Shown here: positions 39,966 to 48,808 of the stretch, in pieces
How the letters are laid out: each line of letters begins with the position of its first letter
How positions within the stretch are numbered: the stretch's first letter is position 1
DNA from: Thermoplasmata archaeon
Lineage (GTDB): Archaea > Thermoplasmatota > E2 > DHVEG-1
Direction: 5' to 3'
Length of the DNA: 64,000 nucleotides
NCBI GenBank assembly: GCA_003942085.1
Contig: DQIQ01000002.1
Span: 898-64,897, forward strand
Program-made: the position numbers and the translations under genes
The notes under the pieces: generated by a model
Told to the model about the DNA's origin: nothing
The model's input: only the letters and a program-made list of their open reading frames with translations
Databases searched by the model: none

Positions 39966-41279
39966 TTAGATGATGATCTGATTATATTCGGCATATGCCT
40001 GGTTCATATCAGAAGTATACCCCTCGAGATCATTGGATTCCTTAAAAATCAGGATTGCATGGTTTTCGAAGGAGACTGCGTTTTGGAAATGCTGTAGATT
40101 TTCACCAGATAAATTCATTCCCATAAACTGTTGATACAGACGGAACACTACCTGGGTCAAAGTAAACGCATAATTGATCATAAGCTGATCATCGGAGAGA
40201 TTTGCTTCGGTAAACATCTGCGATTTACTACCATTTTTCAGATCAGAATAAAAGGGAGTTACATAGGTATTATCGATCCATAACCACCGTTCTTCTCCTT
40301 TCATAGCTGGAAAAATATAATCTCTTTTCGTGTCTTGCTCATCTTGAGGATAACACACTCTATTGACCACCTGATGTTTTGTCGCATAGGGCGATGTTCC
40401 CCGAGTCGTTTCTACCAGAACCCATCCGTATCCTGGGCAATAGTATTCGACCATGTAATGCATTTGTGTCCAAAACCCTTGATCATTGTTTACGAGCAGG
40501 ACTCTTGCTGGAACATGATATATCCTGAAAAAAGCGCATGCCAGATGGGATCTTCCCACGTTCTCACCATTAGTCAATAACGTTGTCCGGGCATCCTGCG
40601 ATAGTAAAAGCCCGGTGTCTAGTCCAAAGACAAAGAGAAAATATCTATGGTATTTTATGAAGGGAGCAATCCGACCAGCGTAACGGATGAGATTATCACT
40701 CAACCCATGGAGTTGTCGTGCTTTATGTCTAATGAGGAGACTATGGAGCTGTACTTCTTTGGTCGAGGCGAGCCAAACCTTGGTTTCATCTGGTATTTGA
40801 TATTTTTTAGGGATCTTTACATTGGGCGGAAGATCACTGAAATCATGATTTTTCACAAGTACCCAACAAGAGAAATGAAGCAAAACACTGTCACCTTTTT
40901 TCATTGGATTTAAAGTAAAATTAATAATTTTATTTGGTGGTAACGTATCATTTTCTATTCTATAGTGGACGATTCCAGACAGTGAACTATCATTGTAGAG
41001 CTCGAGCATCAGGGGGACCTGATACGCATAATCTGGTGGAAACGAAAACCGTATATGAAAAACACCAACATCATTTGATGCATTAACATATAAATAGTGT
41101 TCGACACGAAGAAGATAAAGGTCTTTTTCTCCTTCATACAGAACTTTTGTATTAACCGTATTTTCAACGTTTTGCATACTAGTTACTGAAATGGAAAAAA
41201 TAGGTACACTACAAAAAAGAATTATACCAATCGCTAGCAGTTTTTTTGAGCAATTCTTTTTTATTGGTTTGATTTTCAT
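39966..41279 (-). CDS. exported transglutaminase-like domain protein (nucleophile position apparently Ser)
   Basis: 437-aa ORF with an N-terminal anchor. The core GRSHLACAFFRIYHVPARVLLV...MHYMVEYY...GWVLVETT aligns by eye with the Cys-containing paralogue at 42076..43170. Confidence 0.55.
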   Translation of the reverse strand: MKIKPIKKNCSKKLLAIGIILFCSVPIFSISVTSMQNVENTVNTKVLYEGEKDLYLLRVEHYLYVNASNDVGVFHIRFSFPPDYAYQVPLMLELYNDSSLSGIVHYRIENDTLPPNKIINFTLNPMKKGDSVLLHFSCWVLVKNHDFSDLPPNVKIPKKYQIPDETKVWLASTKEVQLHSLLIRHKARQLHGLSDNLIRYAGRIAPFIKYHRYFLFVFGLDTGLLLSQDARTTLLTNGENVGRSHLACAFFRIYHVPARVLLVNNDQGFWTQMHYMVEYYCPGYGWVLVETTRGTSPYATKHQVVNRVCYPQDEQDTKRDYIFPAMKGEERWLWIDNTYVTPFYSDLKNGSKSQMFTEANLSDDQLMINYAFTLTQVVFRLYQQFMGMNLSGENLQHFQNAVSFENHAILIFKESNDLEGYTSDMNQAYAEYNQIII

Positions 41280-41371
41280 TTATCTACTAAAATATTACAT
41301 TTATAAACTATTTATACCTTTTGTCGTAAATATCGGGAAAGAGTATATAAAAAAAGGGAATTAATACATGG

Positions 41372-42037
41372 CTATTTTTTCTCGGCAACAATGATGAATT
41401 TCCACTCGTTTTTCTTCCCTTCGCTCTCAAGAATGTCAAATCCTGATTTTTTGAAAAACATCTCCACTTCTTCCTGTGTATGCGCAAGCTGATACGCATC
41501 AACATGATATCTGGTGACGTCTCGACCTGCGGAATTGAACAACATTCCGATTTTGATGCCGAAAAGCTTCCATTTCGGAAAATCCCGATTCAATGCTTCA
41601 AATATGATTCTCCCGTGGGGTTTTAACACGCGATGCATTTCTAAAAAACTCTCATGGGGCTGTTTCCAGTAGGGCAGACTGAACCTACTTACGATGGTAT
41701 CGATGGTCCTGTCTTTCAGAGGTATTTTTTCTGAGATGCCAAGAACAGGCTCAAAGATATATTCACCAGATTGGTAAACGTTTTCTTTTGCTAATGCTAA
41801 CATCTTCTTTAAAGGATCGACTCCAATAACGGTCGCATCTGGGATCTGTCTAAGAATTTCAACCGAAAGTAAGCCGGGTCCAGTCCCAAGATCAAGAATG
41901 CGAGGATCTGATGTCACCGTATGTTTTTTCACGATTTTCGAAAGAGAGATATACAAATCGGAGAATTTTTTCATGTATTCTGCAAATTCTTCTGCGGTTT
42001 TGTCATCGACCAAAAACTCACGACCACATAATTTCAT
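41372..42037 (-). CDS. class I SAM-dependent methyltransferase
   Basis: 221-aa ORF with motif I ILDLGTGPGLLS and a post-I acidic residue (VIGVDP). Confidence 0.8.
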   Translation of the reverse strand: MKLCGREFLVDDKTAEEFAEYMKKFSDLYISLSKIVKKHTVTSDPRILDLGTGPGLLSVEILRQIPDATVIGVDPLKKMLALAKENVYQSGEYIFEPVLGISEKIPLKDRTIDTIVSRFSLPYWKQPHESFLEMHRVLKPHGRIIFEALNRDFPKWKLFGIKIGMLFNSAGRDVTRYHVDAYQLAHTQEEVEMFFKKSGFDILESEGKKNEWKFIIVAEKK

Positions 42038-42075
42038 AAACCTGAACGAAGAAATAATGTTTTTGCTTTAGAAAA

Positions 42076-43170
42076 TTATTCATAAATCCGAGTATTTTTT
42101 ACCGTAATTACAAGCTTCTGTGATTCAAGCACGTGATAGTTACGAATTTCTGCAAAAGAGTGAAGTGTGATGATCTGGTTCGATTCATGGATGACATAAG
42201 AGATACCAGAAAGCGTGGAAGCAAACGACTCGTTATTTCCCTCATCAGTAAATAATCTTAAATGGAATGCGCTATCGACCCCGAAATTCTGATCAATATC
42301 GATTTGGATGGAGGAAGTAACACAGGCGGTCTCTACAGGAATCCATCCGTTAAGACCTCCTGACCCACCGACAAACACCTCCACCCATGCATGAGCGGTC
42401 GCAGTCACAGTCCCGTCATTATTGTCGGTCAATAAATACCCGCGAATGAATCGTGCAGGGATACTAAGTGCTCTGCAGAGCGAAATATACAGAAAAGAGA
42501 GATCATCGCAATCCCCTTGTTTCTCGTGTAATGTTACCAAATCTTGTCGTACTCCTTCTTCACCAGGATGGGTTTGATACTTGATGTTTTGTTTCAACCA
42601 CACAAATAACGATTTTGCCAGCAGAAACGAATTATTCGTCTTTGCGCCGATGAGAACTCCATCAGCAATTGTGGTGATGGCAGTATTATGTGGATCGATA
42701 AAACGTATTGTCTCATTTCCTTGTACTCGCGTGAACCGGCTGACGATCTCTGGATGTCTCTCTTTTATCTCAGCGATGGTTAACACATCCGCCCCATTTA
42801 AATCAGCAACTAAATAGCTGTCAACCTCCACCTGGGCGGTAATTCCTAATTCAAACACCTGTTCATTTTTTCCTGATATATTCCAATGGATAAAGGTATT
42901 ATTTCCCAGTGTTTTCTTTTGATATTCATAATTGAACAACAAACTATATGTGGAAGTCCCAACGAGGACTTCAGGGGTATCGCACCAGTATGTGATCTCG
43001 TACAACCCCTCACCCGTGCTGTTCACCCGATATCCATAGGAGATATTATAACTGATTTTAGTAGGTGTAGCTTCGTATGTGGTTGGAGGAAATACAAGCT
43101 CACAACCAGATAAAAGAACTACTAGCTCAAGCATGCCAGCGATACAGAGACACCATATATTTTTTTTCAT
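42076..43170 (-). CDS. transglutaminase-like cysteine-protease-fold lipoprotein
   Basis: 364-aa ORF with a lipobox-like LLSGC. The core is KQGDCDDLSFLYISLCRALSIPARFIRGY...AHAWVEVF...GWIPVETA (Cys/His/acidic). The start overlaps the HerA stop (ATGA). Confidence 0.75.
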   Translation of the reverse strand: MKKNIWCLCIAGMLELVVLLSGCELVFPPTTYEATPTKISYNISYGYRVNSTGEGLYEITYWCDTPEVLVGTSTYSLLFNYEYQKKTLGNNTFIHWNISGKNEQVFELGITAQVEVDSYLVADLNGADVLTIAEIKERHPEIVSRFTRVQGNETIRFIDPHNTAITTIADGVLIGAKTNNSFLLAKSLFVWLKQNIKYQTHPGEEGVRQDLVTLHEKQGDCDDLSFLYISLCRALSIPARFIRGYLLTDNNDGTVTATAHAWVEVFVGGSGGLNGWIPVETACVTSSIQIDIDQNFGVDSAFHLRLFTDEGNNESFASTLSGISYVIHESNQIITLHSFAEIRNYHVLESQKLVITVKNTRIYE

Positions 43171-45053
43171 GCGATCCTTGGTTTGTCTCTTTTAAATAAT
43201 CCTAGCCCATGCTTCTGCAGCGGAGATTGAGATTTCTTATCATGAGCCGTATGATACCGACATCCGCTACCCATCGGACATTGAAGACAGCTAGGATTAT
43301 CCTTATGACAGAAATTGCTCCCAAGCTGAGCGAGAGATTCAAGATATTTATACACATTCTCTTTCATTTCCTCTGCTTCAACACTAAGGAATTTAATAGT
43401 CTCATCTGGGTCATCAGTAGTCACCCAGCCGAGTCTTTTTGCAACACGATTCACCATGACCGCTTTCTCGGTGACATTATTTTGTATATTTTCTGTCTTC
43501 TGTGCGGGGGTTGCCTCTTGTCGTGATGGTGGTGGCGGCATCTTCGGCATTTTGACCTTATATTCAGAGGGATCAATGTCTTTGAAGACCGTGACAGATT
43601 TCCCACCATGATCGGTCTCTCTGGTCCTTATCTCAACAAGGATCGGAATCTGAATGGAGGCACCAGAAATCAACGCAACCCCGATGGGCAGCCGCTGGAT
43701 TTCATCATAAGTCTGACTCGTAAGACCTTCAACAGACTGGATTATTGCCTTCAGATCATTCGGATTTGTCACCTTTAAAATAATATTCGTGTTACACTGA
43801 GAAATGATATTTTTATCAATCTTTGCGGGCCGTTGACTGACCACACAGAGACCCATACCAAATTTTCTTCCTTCAGACGCGACCGTTCGAAGCATACTGG
43901 AAGAAACCGCATGACCAATCCCATGCTCAGGACAATAATTATGCGCCTCTTCTACAACAAAGAGAAACGGCGGGATCTTCCCAGCTTTCCTATCCTTGAA
44001 TAACTCTTCTGTTAGCCGTGCGACCACCACATCTTGAATATCAGGGGGTACACCACGCATATTAATAATCGAACATTTTCCTTTCTGGACAAGCTCTTCA
44101 GTAGATGTTCCTTTCTCAGAAAACACACCAATAGAATCCAAGGATTCCAATGATGCAATCACGTTCCACCGTGCGTTACTCTTGGTCCGCTCCACTGCTT
44201 CGATAATATCTCTAATACTATAGACCTGTTTGAACTCCTTGAGTTCTTTGATCGTCTGATACAAGACCGCTATCTGAGGACCAGAAAGTTTTGCTCGCAG
44301 TAACTCAAGGATCTCCCTTCCTTCAAGATTCATACCATTCAGTGTCAAATGAGTAGTCCCGTCCCCTATAGGAAGAGGCGAAAACGCAACGATTTGACTG
44401 CTGTAGTCATTTGCTTTTACCCCGAATTTCTCCATGTTCTTCTGATCTTTCTTGTCTTTATTCGGTTTACCTAGCGAAATGTATTCACCATGAGTATCGA
44501 TGATGACCAGCGGGATTTTCTTCTTTAACAGTTCCTCGATAAGAACACCACAGGCGTAACTTTTTCCACCGCCGGTTTTTGCAAGGATACAAATATGCTT
44601 CTGGACCAATGAATCAATATTGAGAAATACTGGAAGATCATGACCTTTCAAAAGACCAAGATACGCCCCATTTTGTTTCTCTGCTTGCAAACCAAGGACA
44701 TGTCGTATGAGATCCTCATGCGCAAGAGTAATCTGAGCACCTGCTTCAAATGGACTGCGCGGAGCCTGCAAATGCCCTTCTTTATCTCGATATCCAATCA
44801 CCTCTGCGTAGGCTGAAACATCGCTTTTTATAGGAGGAACCGATCCGTTGCTTTTAATGGTGATCGCATCCTCAAATTTCAAATCAGAGTACCCTTTGAT
44901 ATCCATAACTTGAGCGAGTACATAACCTTCTTCATGTGGTGCGGCGACATAATCAAACTTCCGGAGATTACGAGCATCAACCGTAAAGTTGAATTTTGTT
45001 GAACCAACGTCTCCATATATAAGACCGACGAAGTCGTTTTTTTGTTGTTGCAT
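43167..45053 (-). CDS. HerA-like (DUF87/FtsK-HerA superfamily) ATPase with a C-terminal EndoIII-type HhH/Fe-S cluster-loop tail
   Basis: 628-aa ORF. It has an N-terminal HAS-barrel-like region, a Walker A (ILAKTGGGKS) and a Walker B-like FLFVVEEAHNY. The C-terminus VNRVAKRLGW...CHKDNPSCLQCPMGSGC matches the CX6CX2CX5C spacing of endonuclease III/MutY. Confidence 0.75.
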   Translation of the reverse strand: MQQQKNDFVGLIYGDVGSTKFNFTVDARNLRKFDYVAAPHEEGYVLAQVMDIKGYSDLKFEDAITIKSNGSVPPIKSDVSAYAEVIGYRDKEGHLQAPRSPFEAGAQITLAHEDLIRHVLGLQAEKQNGAYLGLLKGHDLPVFLNIDSLVQKHICILAKTGGGKSYACGVLIEELLKKKIPLVIIDTHGEYISLGKPNKDKKDQKNMEKFGVKANDYSSQIVAFSPLPIGDGTTHLTLNGMNLEGREILELLRAKLSGPQIAVLYQTIKELKEFKQVYSIRDIIEAVERTKSNARWNVIASLESLDSIGVFSEKGTSTEELVQKGKCSIINMRGVPPDIQDVVVARLTEELFKDRKAGKIPPFLFVVEEAHNYCPEHGIGHAVSSSMLRTVASEGRKFGMGLCVVSQRPAKIDKNIISQCNTNIILKVTNPNDLKAIIQSVEGLTSQTYDEIQRLPIGVALISGASIQIPILVEIRTRETDHGGKSVTVFKDIDPSEYKVKMPKMPPPPSRQEATPAQKTENIQNNVTEKAVMVNRVAKRLGWVTTDDPDETIKFLSVEAEEMKENVYKYLESLAQLGSNFCHKDNPSCLQCPMGSGCRYHTAHDKKSQSPLQKHGLGLFKRDKPRIA

Positions 45054-45098
45054 CCATACCCCTTTTGTTGTCTTGGTGCGGAATATTATGCAGGGTTA

Positions 45099-45908
45099 TT
45101 ATAGTTTTGGTATTTTTCTTCTCGCATCAAGCGGTAACCCTGCGCAGAGTTCAAGAGATTCGATTTCCATGAAGTGCAAATTCCCAGGGATGACTATCGT
45201 ATGCAAGGGTGGACCGAAATCCTGGTTCCGTAGAACGTATATTGTGTTTGCGGCAACTATCACATCAGGTGCGCCTGCTCGAGCAACGACACACGCAATA
45301 GTATCAGCTGTTATAAGATTCTTCCTGAGTTTTTCCTCCATCTTTAAAAGTAATTCAAACCCGACATTTGCAGTCATGTATTGATCTTTTTCTGCTTGGA
45401 TATCAAGTAGGACTAGCGTATGCAATCCCATTTTCTTATTATTATTAATTACACTATAGGGGCTTGTCGGAAAATATTCTTTCTCAGTAAACGCAAGGGT
45501 GGTCGTTCTACCGAATTTGTAATTCTGCAGACCAAGAAGCCCAGGAACAGCAGTCGCAATACTGCCGCTATGAATAATCTGTGTTGAGGAGCCTTGTTTT
45601 ATTGCCCGAAGCCGAAGATCAATATGTGTCGTTGCGATCATTGGATCGCCTGCGGTGAGAAACACGACATTTTTATTCCTAGCTGCATTGATAATTTTAT
45701 CCCCTTTCTCTGTTTCTTCCCTTGAGATGATTTCGATTTTTTTACCGATGAGCTTCTCAAAGGCATCAATATCGAAATGTCCAAGCTTAGCGGTATAAAA
45801 TTCAGCGAACACCACATCGCACTGTTTTAGTTCCTGCAAACCTTTTAATGAAACATCTTGCTCATCATACAATCCTAAACCAACAAAAACAAGGCGTCCT
45901 TTTGACAT
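45099..45908 (-). CDS. dph5: diphthine synthase
   Basis: I place the start at ATG 45908 (MSKGRLVFVGLGLYD...). Motifs are VFLTAGDPMIATTH and HTLVLLD. The 56-aa upstream extension in the track ORF is unconserved-looking. Confidence 0.88.
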   Translation of the reverse strand: MSKGRLVFVGLGLYDEQDVSLKGLQELKQCDVVFAEFYTAKLGHFDIDAFEKLIGKKIEIISREETEKGDKIINAARNKNVVFLTAGDPMIATTHIDLRLRAIKQGSSTQIIHSGSIATAVPGLLGLQNYKFGRTTTLAFTEKEYFPTSPYSVINNNKKMGLHTLVLLDIQAEKDQYMTANVGFELLLKMEEKLRKNLITADTIACVVARAGAPDVIVAANTIYVLRNQDFGPPLHTIVIPGNLHFMEIESLELCAGLPLDARRKIPKL

Positions 45909-46165
45909 TTTTTCACAATCCTTCATGGTCGTGACATTCAAAAATGTTATTCCATGCATTGATAAATTTCGAAAACATTTAAAACACCTACGTGATTCGT
46001 AAACGTGGGCGACAACTACCGGCTCTTTTTTATTACTTCTGTTACACAGTCCTCGCAATCTTTTTTTCCCCCACATGTCAATCTCGCACGTGTTATCAGT
46101 GTACCAGGAGAAAAATAAGGAAAGATTTAAATTACAGGAGACGTATTCCTGGCAGGAGGTGTATT

Positions 46166-46351
46166 ATGACATACAAACACGAGGGTTGGACCTTATACAC
46201 AAGGAACGTAAAGCTTAAAGGCGGAAGAAATCAAACCATTTATTTCTTCAGCAAAAGATCACCAAAGAGTGGAACAACCTGCGATTTACCAAACGGATAT
46301 GCCGTTGGTGTCAATAAGAGAACAGGACTTCCATATTTGAAGAAGAAGTAA
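46166..46351 (+). CDS. small conserved hypothetical protein (61 aa, basic)
   Basis: The ATG at 46166 is preceded by GGAGGTG. The product is MTYKHEGWTLYTRNVKLKGGRNQTIYFFSKRSPKSGTTCDLPNGYAVGVNKRTGLPYLKKK. From memory it resembles small proteins seen in other euryarchaeal genomes. Function unknown. Confidence 0.55.
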   Translation: MTYKHEGWTLYTRNVKLKGGRNQTIYFFSKRSPKSGTTCDLPNGYAVGVNKRTGLPYLKKK

Positions 46352-46383
46352 ACTCACTTCTTTCTTCATTTTTTCTTTTTCTT
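46338..46383 (+). terminator. hairpin plus oligo-T tract downstream of the 61-aa ORF
   Basis: GAAGAAGAAG...CTTCTTTCTTC is an imperfect inverted repeat spanning the stop codon. T-runs (CATTTTTTCTTTTTCTT) follow. Oligo-T is the known archaeal termination signal. Confidence 0.4.
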
Positions 46384-46435
46384 ATTAATATTTTTTTATA
46401 TATCCTGACTTTTTTACATAAGGATTTTATAACCG

Positions 46436-46798
46436 GTGTTTCTTCCTCGTCTTATAATGTCAAAGAAACACAGTGAAAAAAAGAAGGTCCAAAAAAATAT
46501 TGCACGTCATCGGATCCAGTATCTTTTTTCTCTAGCAGAAACTTGTGCACATGATGGGAAACTCCAGATATCTGATCGATATGTGGCGTTAGCCCGAAAG
46601 ATTTCCATGAAATATCTTGTCCCCATCCCTGTAGAATATACTCGACGGTTTTGTAAACACTGCTACTGCTATCTTCTTCCACCACTGACCTGCCGAGTAC
46701 GTATCCATCGCGGAATGATAGTCTCTTATTGTTGTAAATGCAAGAAATATAGTCGGATCCCTTTACATGCGCAATCCTCAACTACTCATCGATTATAA
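46436..46798 (+). CDS. rnp4: RNase P protein component 4 (Rpp21/Rpr2)
   Basis: 120-aa ORF with a GTG start (alternative ATG at 46457). It has ARHRIQYLFSLAE...ARKISMKY and a Zn-ribbon FCKHC...CCKCKK. Confidence 0.82.
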   Translation: MFLPRLIMSKKHSEKKKVQKNIARHRIQYLFSLAETCAHDGKLQISDRYVALARKISMKYLVPIPVEYTRRFCKHCYCYLLPPLTCRVRIHRGMIVSYCCKCKKYSRIPLHAQSSTTHRL

Positions 46799-46913
46799 AC
46801 AAATAATACGACGTTTTTTGAGGGTCAAAATAGTAGATTTGCCATCCAATATGCTTAAATAACATATGGTTTATTACCGATACCCAATTTCACGAGAAAG
46901 GAAGAGAATTCCT

Positions 46914-47366
46914 ATGACAACAGCATATGATGTTCCTGCAAAAGATTTAATCTCTGCGTTAACAAAAAAATTACAGACTGAATCTGCAATCGCTCCACCA
47001 GAATGGAGTAAATATGTTCGTACGGGTGTCTCTAAAGAAAATCCACCAGAGACAAAAGACTGGTGGCATATACGATGTGCCTCGATTCTTAGAAAACTCT
47101 ATATTAATAAAAATATGGGGGTAGAGCGTCTGCGAGCAGAATATGGTGGAAAACGAAATCGCGGGTCAAAACCAAATAAAGCTGAAGCAGGAAGCGGTGC
47201 GATTGTACGCCATGCCCTTCAACAGTTAGAGACCGTTGGGTATGTCACGAAGATGAAAGGTAGAGGTCGCGCACTCAGCCCGAAAGGTGTGAAGTTCCTG
47301 GATAACACTTCCTTTGAAGTGAAGAAGTCACTCCTTGAAACATTTCCTGAATTAAAAAAATATTAA
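46914..47366 (+). CDS. rps19e: 30S ribosomal protein S19e
   Basis: I place the start at ATG 46914 (MTTAYDVPAKDLI...). Motifs are PEWSKYVRTG, WWHIRCASILRKLY and GSGAIVRHALQQLE. Confidence 0.92.
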   Translation: MTTAYDVPAKDLISALTKKLQTESAIAPPEWSKYVRTGVSKENPPETKDWWHIRCASILRKLYINKNMGVERLRAEYGGKRNRGSKPNKAEAGSGAIVRHALQQLETVGYVTKMKGRGRALSPKGVKFLDNTSFEVKKSLLETFPELKKY

Positions 47367-47411
47367 ATAGGTGAAATCGCAATAGGTTCGTCTTGAGGTT
47401 TTGGAACCACT

Positions 47412-47753
47412 ATGGATGATATAGAAGCTATCAGGAAGAAGAAATTGCGTGACCTTCAACAACAGGCGCAACAGGGATTCTCGCAAGAAGATTTCGCAGA
47501 AGAGCAACAGAAGGAATATAACGACCAAAAAAAACTCATCCTCCGAGCGATTCTCATGGATGACGCTCGAGAACGCCTTGGTCGAATTAAAGCAGCGCGT
47601 CCAGAGATGGCAGAGAACCTCGAAAACCAGCTCATCATGCTTGCACAATCTGGGCGACTCAAAAATAAAATAAATGATGAACAGTTACGGGAGTTACTCT
47701 CAAAGATACTCCCAAAGAAACGAGATATCACGATTAAAAGAAGAGGAATGTAA
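47412..47753 (+). CDS. PDCD5/TFAR19-family DNA-binding protein
   Basis: 113-aa ORF with IRKKKLRDLQQQ...ILRAILMDDARERLGRIKAARPEMAENLENQLIMLAQSGRL. The position between rps19e and rpl39e is conserved. Confidence 0.85.
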   Translation: MDDIEAIRKKKLRDLQQQAQQGFSQEDFAEEQQKEYNDQKKLILRAILMDDARERLGRIKAARPEMAENLENQLIMLAQSGRLKNKINDEQLRELLSKILPKKRDITIKRRGM

Positions 47754-47912
47754 ATGTCAAGTCATAAATCGTTAGGAAGAAAATTTCGATTATCCAGAGC
47801 CACGAAAAGCAACAGGCGAGTACCAGCATGGGTCATGATTCGTACAAACCGACGATTTACTCGACATCCGAAAACACGTAACTGGCGGAGAAACAAACTC
47901 AAGATAGGTTGA
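47754..47912 (+). CDS. rpl39e: 50S ribosomal protein L39e
   Basis: 52-aa ORF found by manual translation; it falls below the track cut-off. The product is [52 protein letters not shown]. Confidence 0.9.
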   Translation: MSSHKSLGRKFRLSRATKSNRRVPAWVMIRTNRRFTRHPKTRNWRRNKLKIG

Positions 47913-47917
47913 TGCGT

Positions 47918-48544
47918 ATGGCTGAAAAAGATTCTGGAAAAGAGCTTGAACGAATATATATCATCCCACTAAGACGGGCAAAAATCGGACCAACATCTCG
48001 AGCAGTTCCCCGAGCTGTTGATGATATTCGTCATTTTCTCATGAAACATATGAAGGTTGAACAGAAAAATGTCTGGATCGATGATTCTTTGAACAAACAG
48101 CTCTGGGCGCACGGGAAATTCTGGGTTCCAAGCAAGATTCGTGTGCGCGCGGTTAAATTCGAAGACGGTGTTGTTGAGGCAACACTGCCGGAACTAGGTG
48201 AGAAGAAATCACGACGAGAATTTTTAAAGGAAGAAAAAGAGAAGAAAACCCCGATCCTGAGAAGAGAAGAAGAAAAAGCAGAGGAAGGTGTAGCTGGTGC
48301 TGAAGATTATAATATCACTCCCACTGGTGATGGCGAGGTAAAGATTAAGAAAAAGAAAGAAAAAACCCCAAAAGAAGAAACAGCATCATCTAAAGAAAAG
48401 GCACCTGAAACAGAAGAACAAGACGGCGCAAAAAAACAACAAACAGCACCGAAGAAACCAAAGAAAACAACGAAAGAAGAGCCAGAAAAACCAGTCAGTA
48501 AACGGAAATCTACTACAAAGAAAACGGAGAAAAAAAGTGAATAA
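47918..48544 (+). CDS. rpl31e: 50S ribosomal protein L31e with a ~115-aa Lys/Glu-rich C-terminal extension
   Basis: The L31e core is ERIYIIPLRRA...VWIDDSLNKQLWAHG...IRVRAVKFEDG. A low-complexity K/E/T/P tail follows, running to 48541. Alternative starts are TTG 47909 and ATG 47912. Confidence 0.88.
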   Translation: MAEKDSGKELERIYIIPLRRAKIGPTSRAVPRAVDDIRHFLMKHMKVEQKNVWIDDSLNKQLWAHGKFWVPSKIRVRAVKFEDGVVEATLPELGEKKSRREFLKEEKEKKTPILRREEEKAEEGVAGAEDYNITPTGDGEVKIKKKKEKTPKEETASSKEKAPETEEQDGAKKQQTAPKKPKKTTKEEPEKPVSKRKSTTKKTEKKSE

Positions 48545-48808
48545 GAATACTTCAACTCTTGGATTTTAATGAGCAGCAACCTTTCGACCTTAACTTCTAG
48601 CTAACGTATATAAATCTACAATTCCCTCCTGGACTTGGAAACGGGAAGGATTGACACAGGTTCCCCTGCATCATATTGATATTCGAGCTGTTGATAGTTT
48701 AGGTCATAAAAACTATCCGACTTTAAACAATATCTGGAAGTTCTTCTAAAGATATTCTTTTATAGTAGAACATTGTTATAAAATATTGTAAAGGAGGAAT
48801 GAAAGGTT

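Noticed and set aside
44989-45384. 131-aa plus-strand ORF spanning the HerA/dph5 junction
   Set aside because: It is antisense to two well-supported genes and shows no motifs.
45909-46076. 56-codon upstream extension of the dph5 ORF
   Set aside because: Diphthine synthases start close to the VFVGLGL motif. The extension is Cys/Arg-rich with no similarity and would consume the divergent promoter region.
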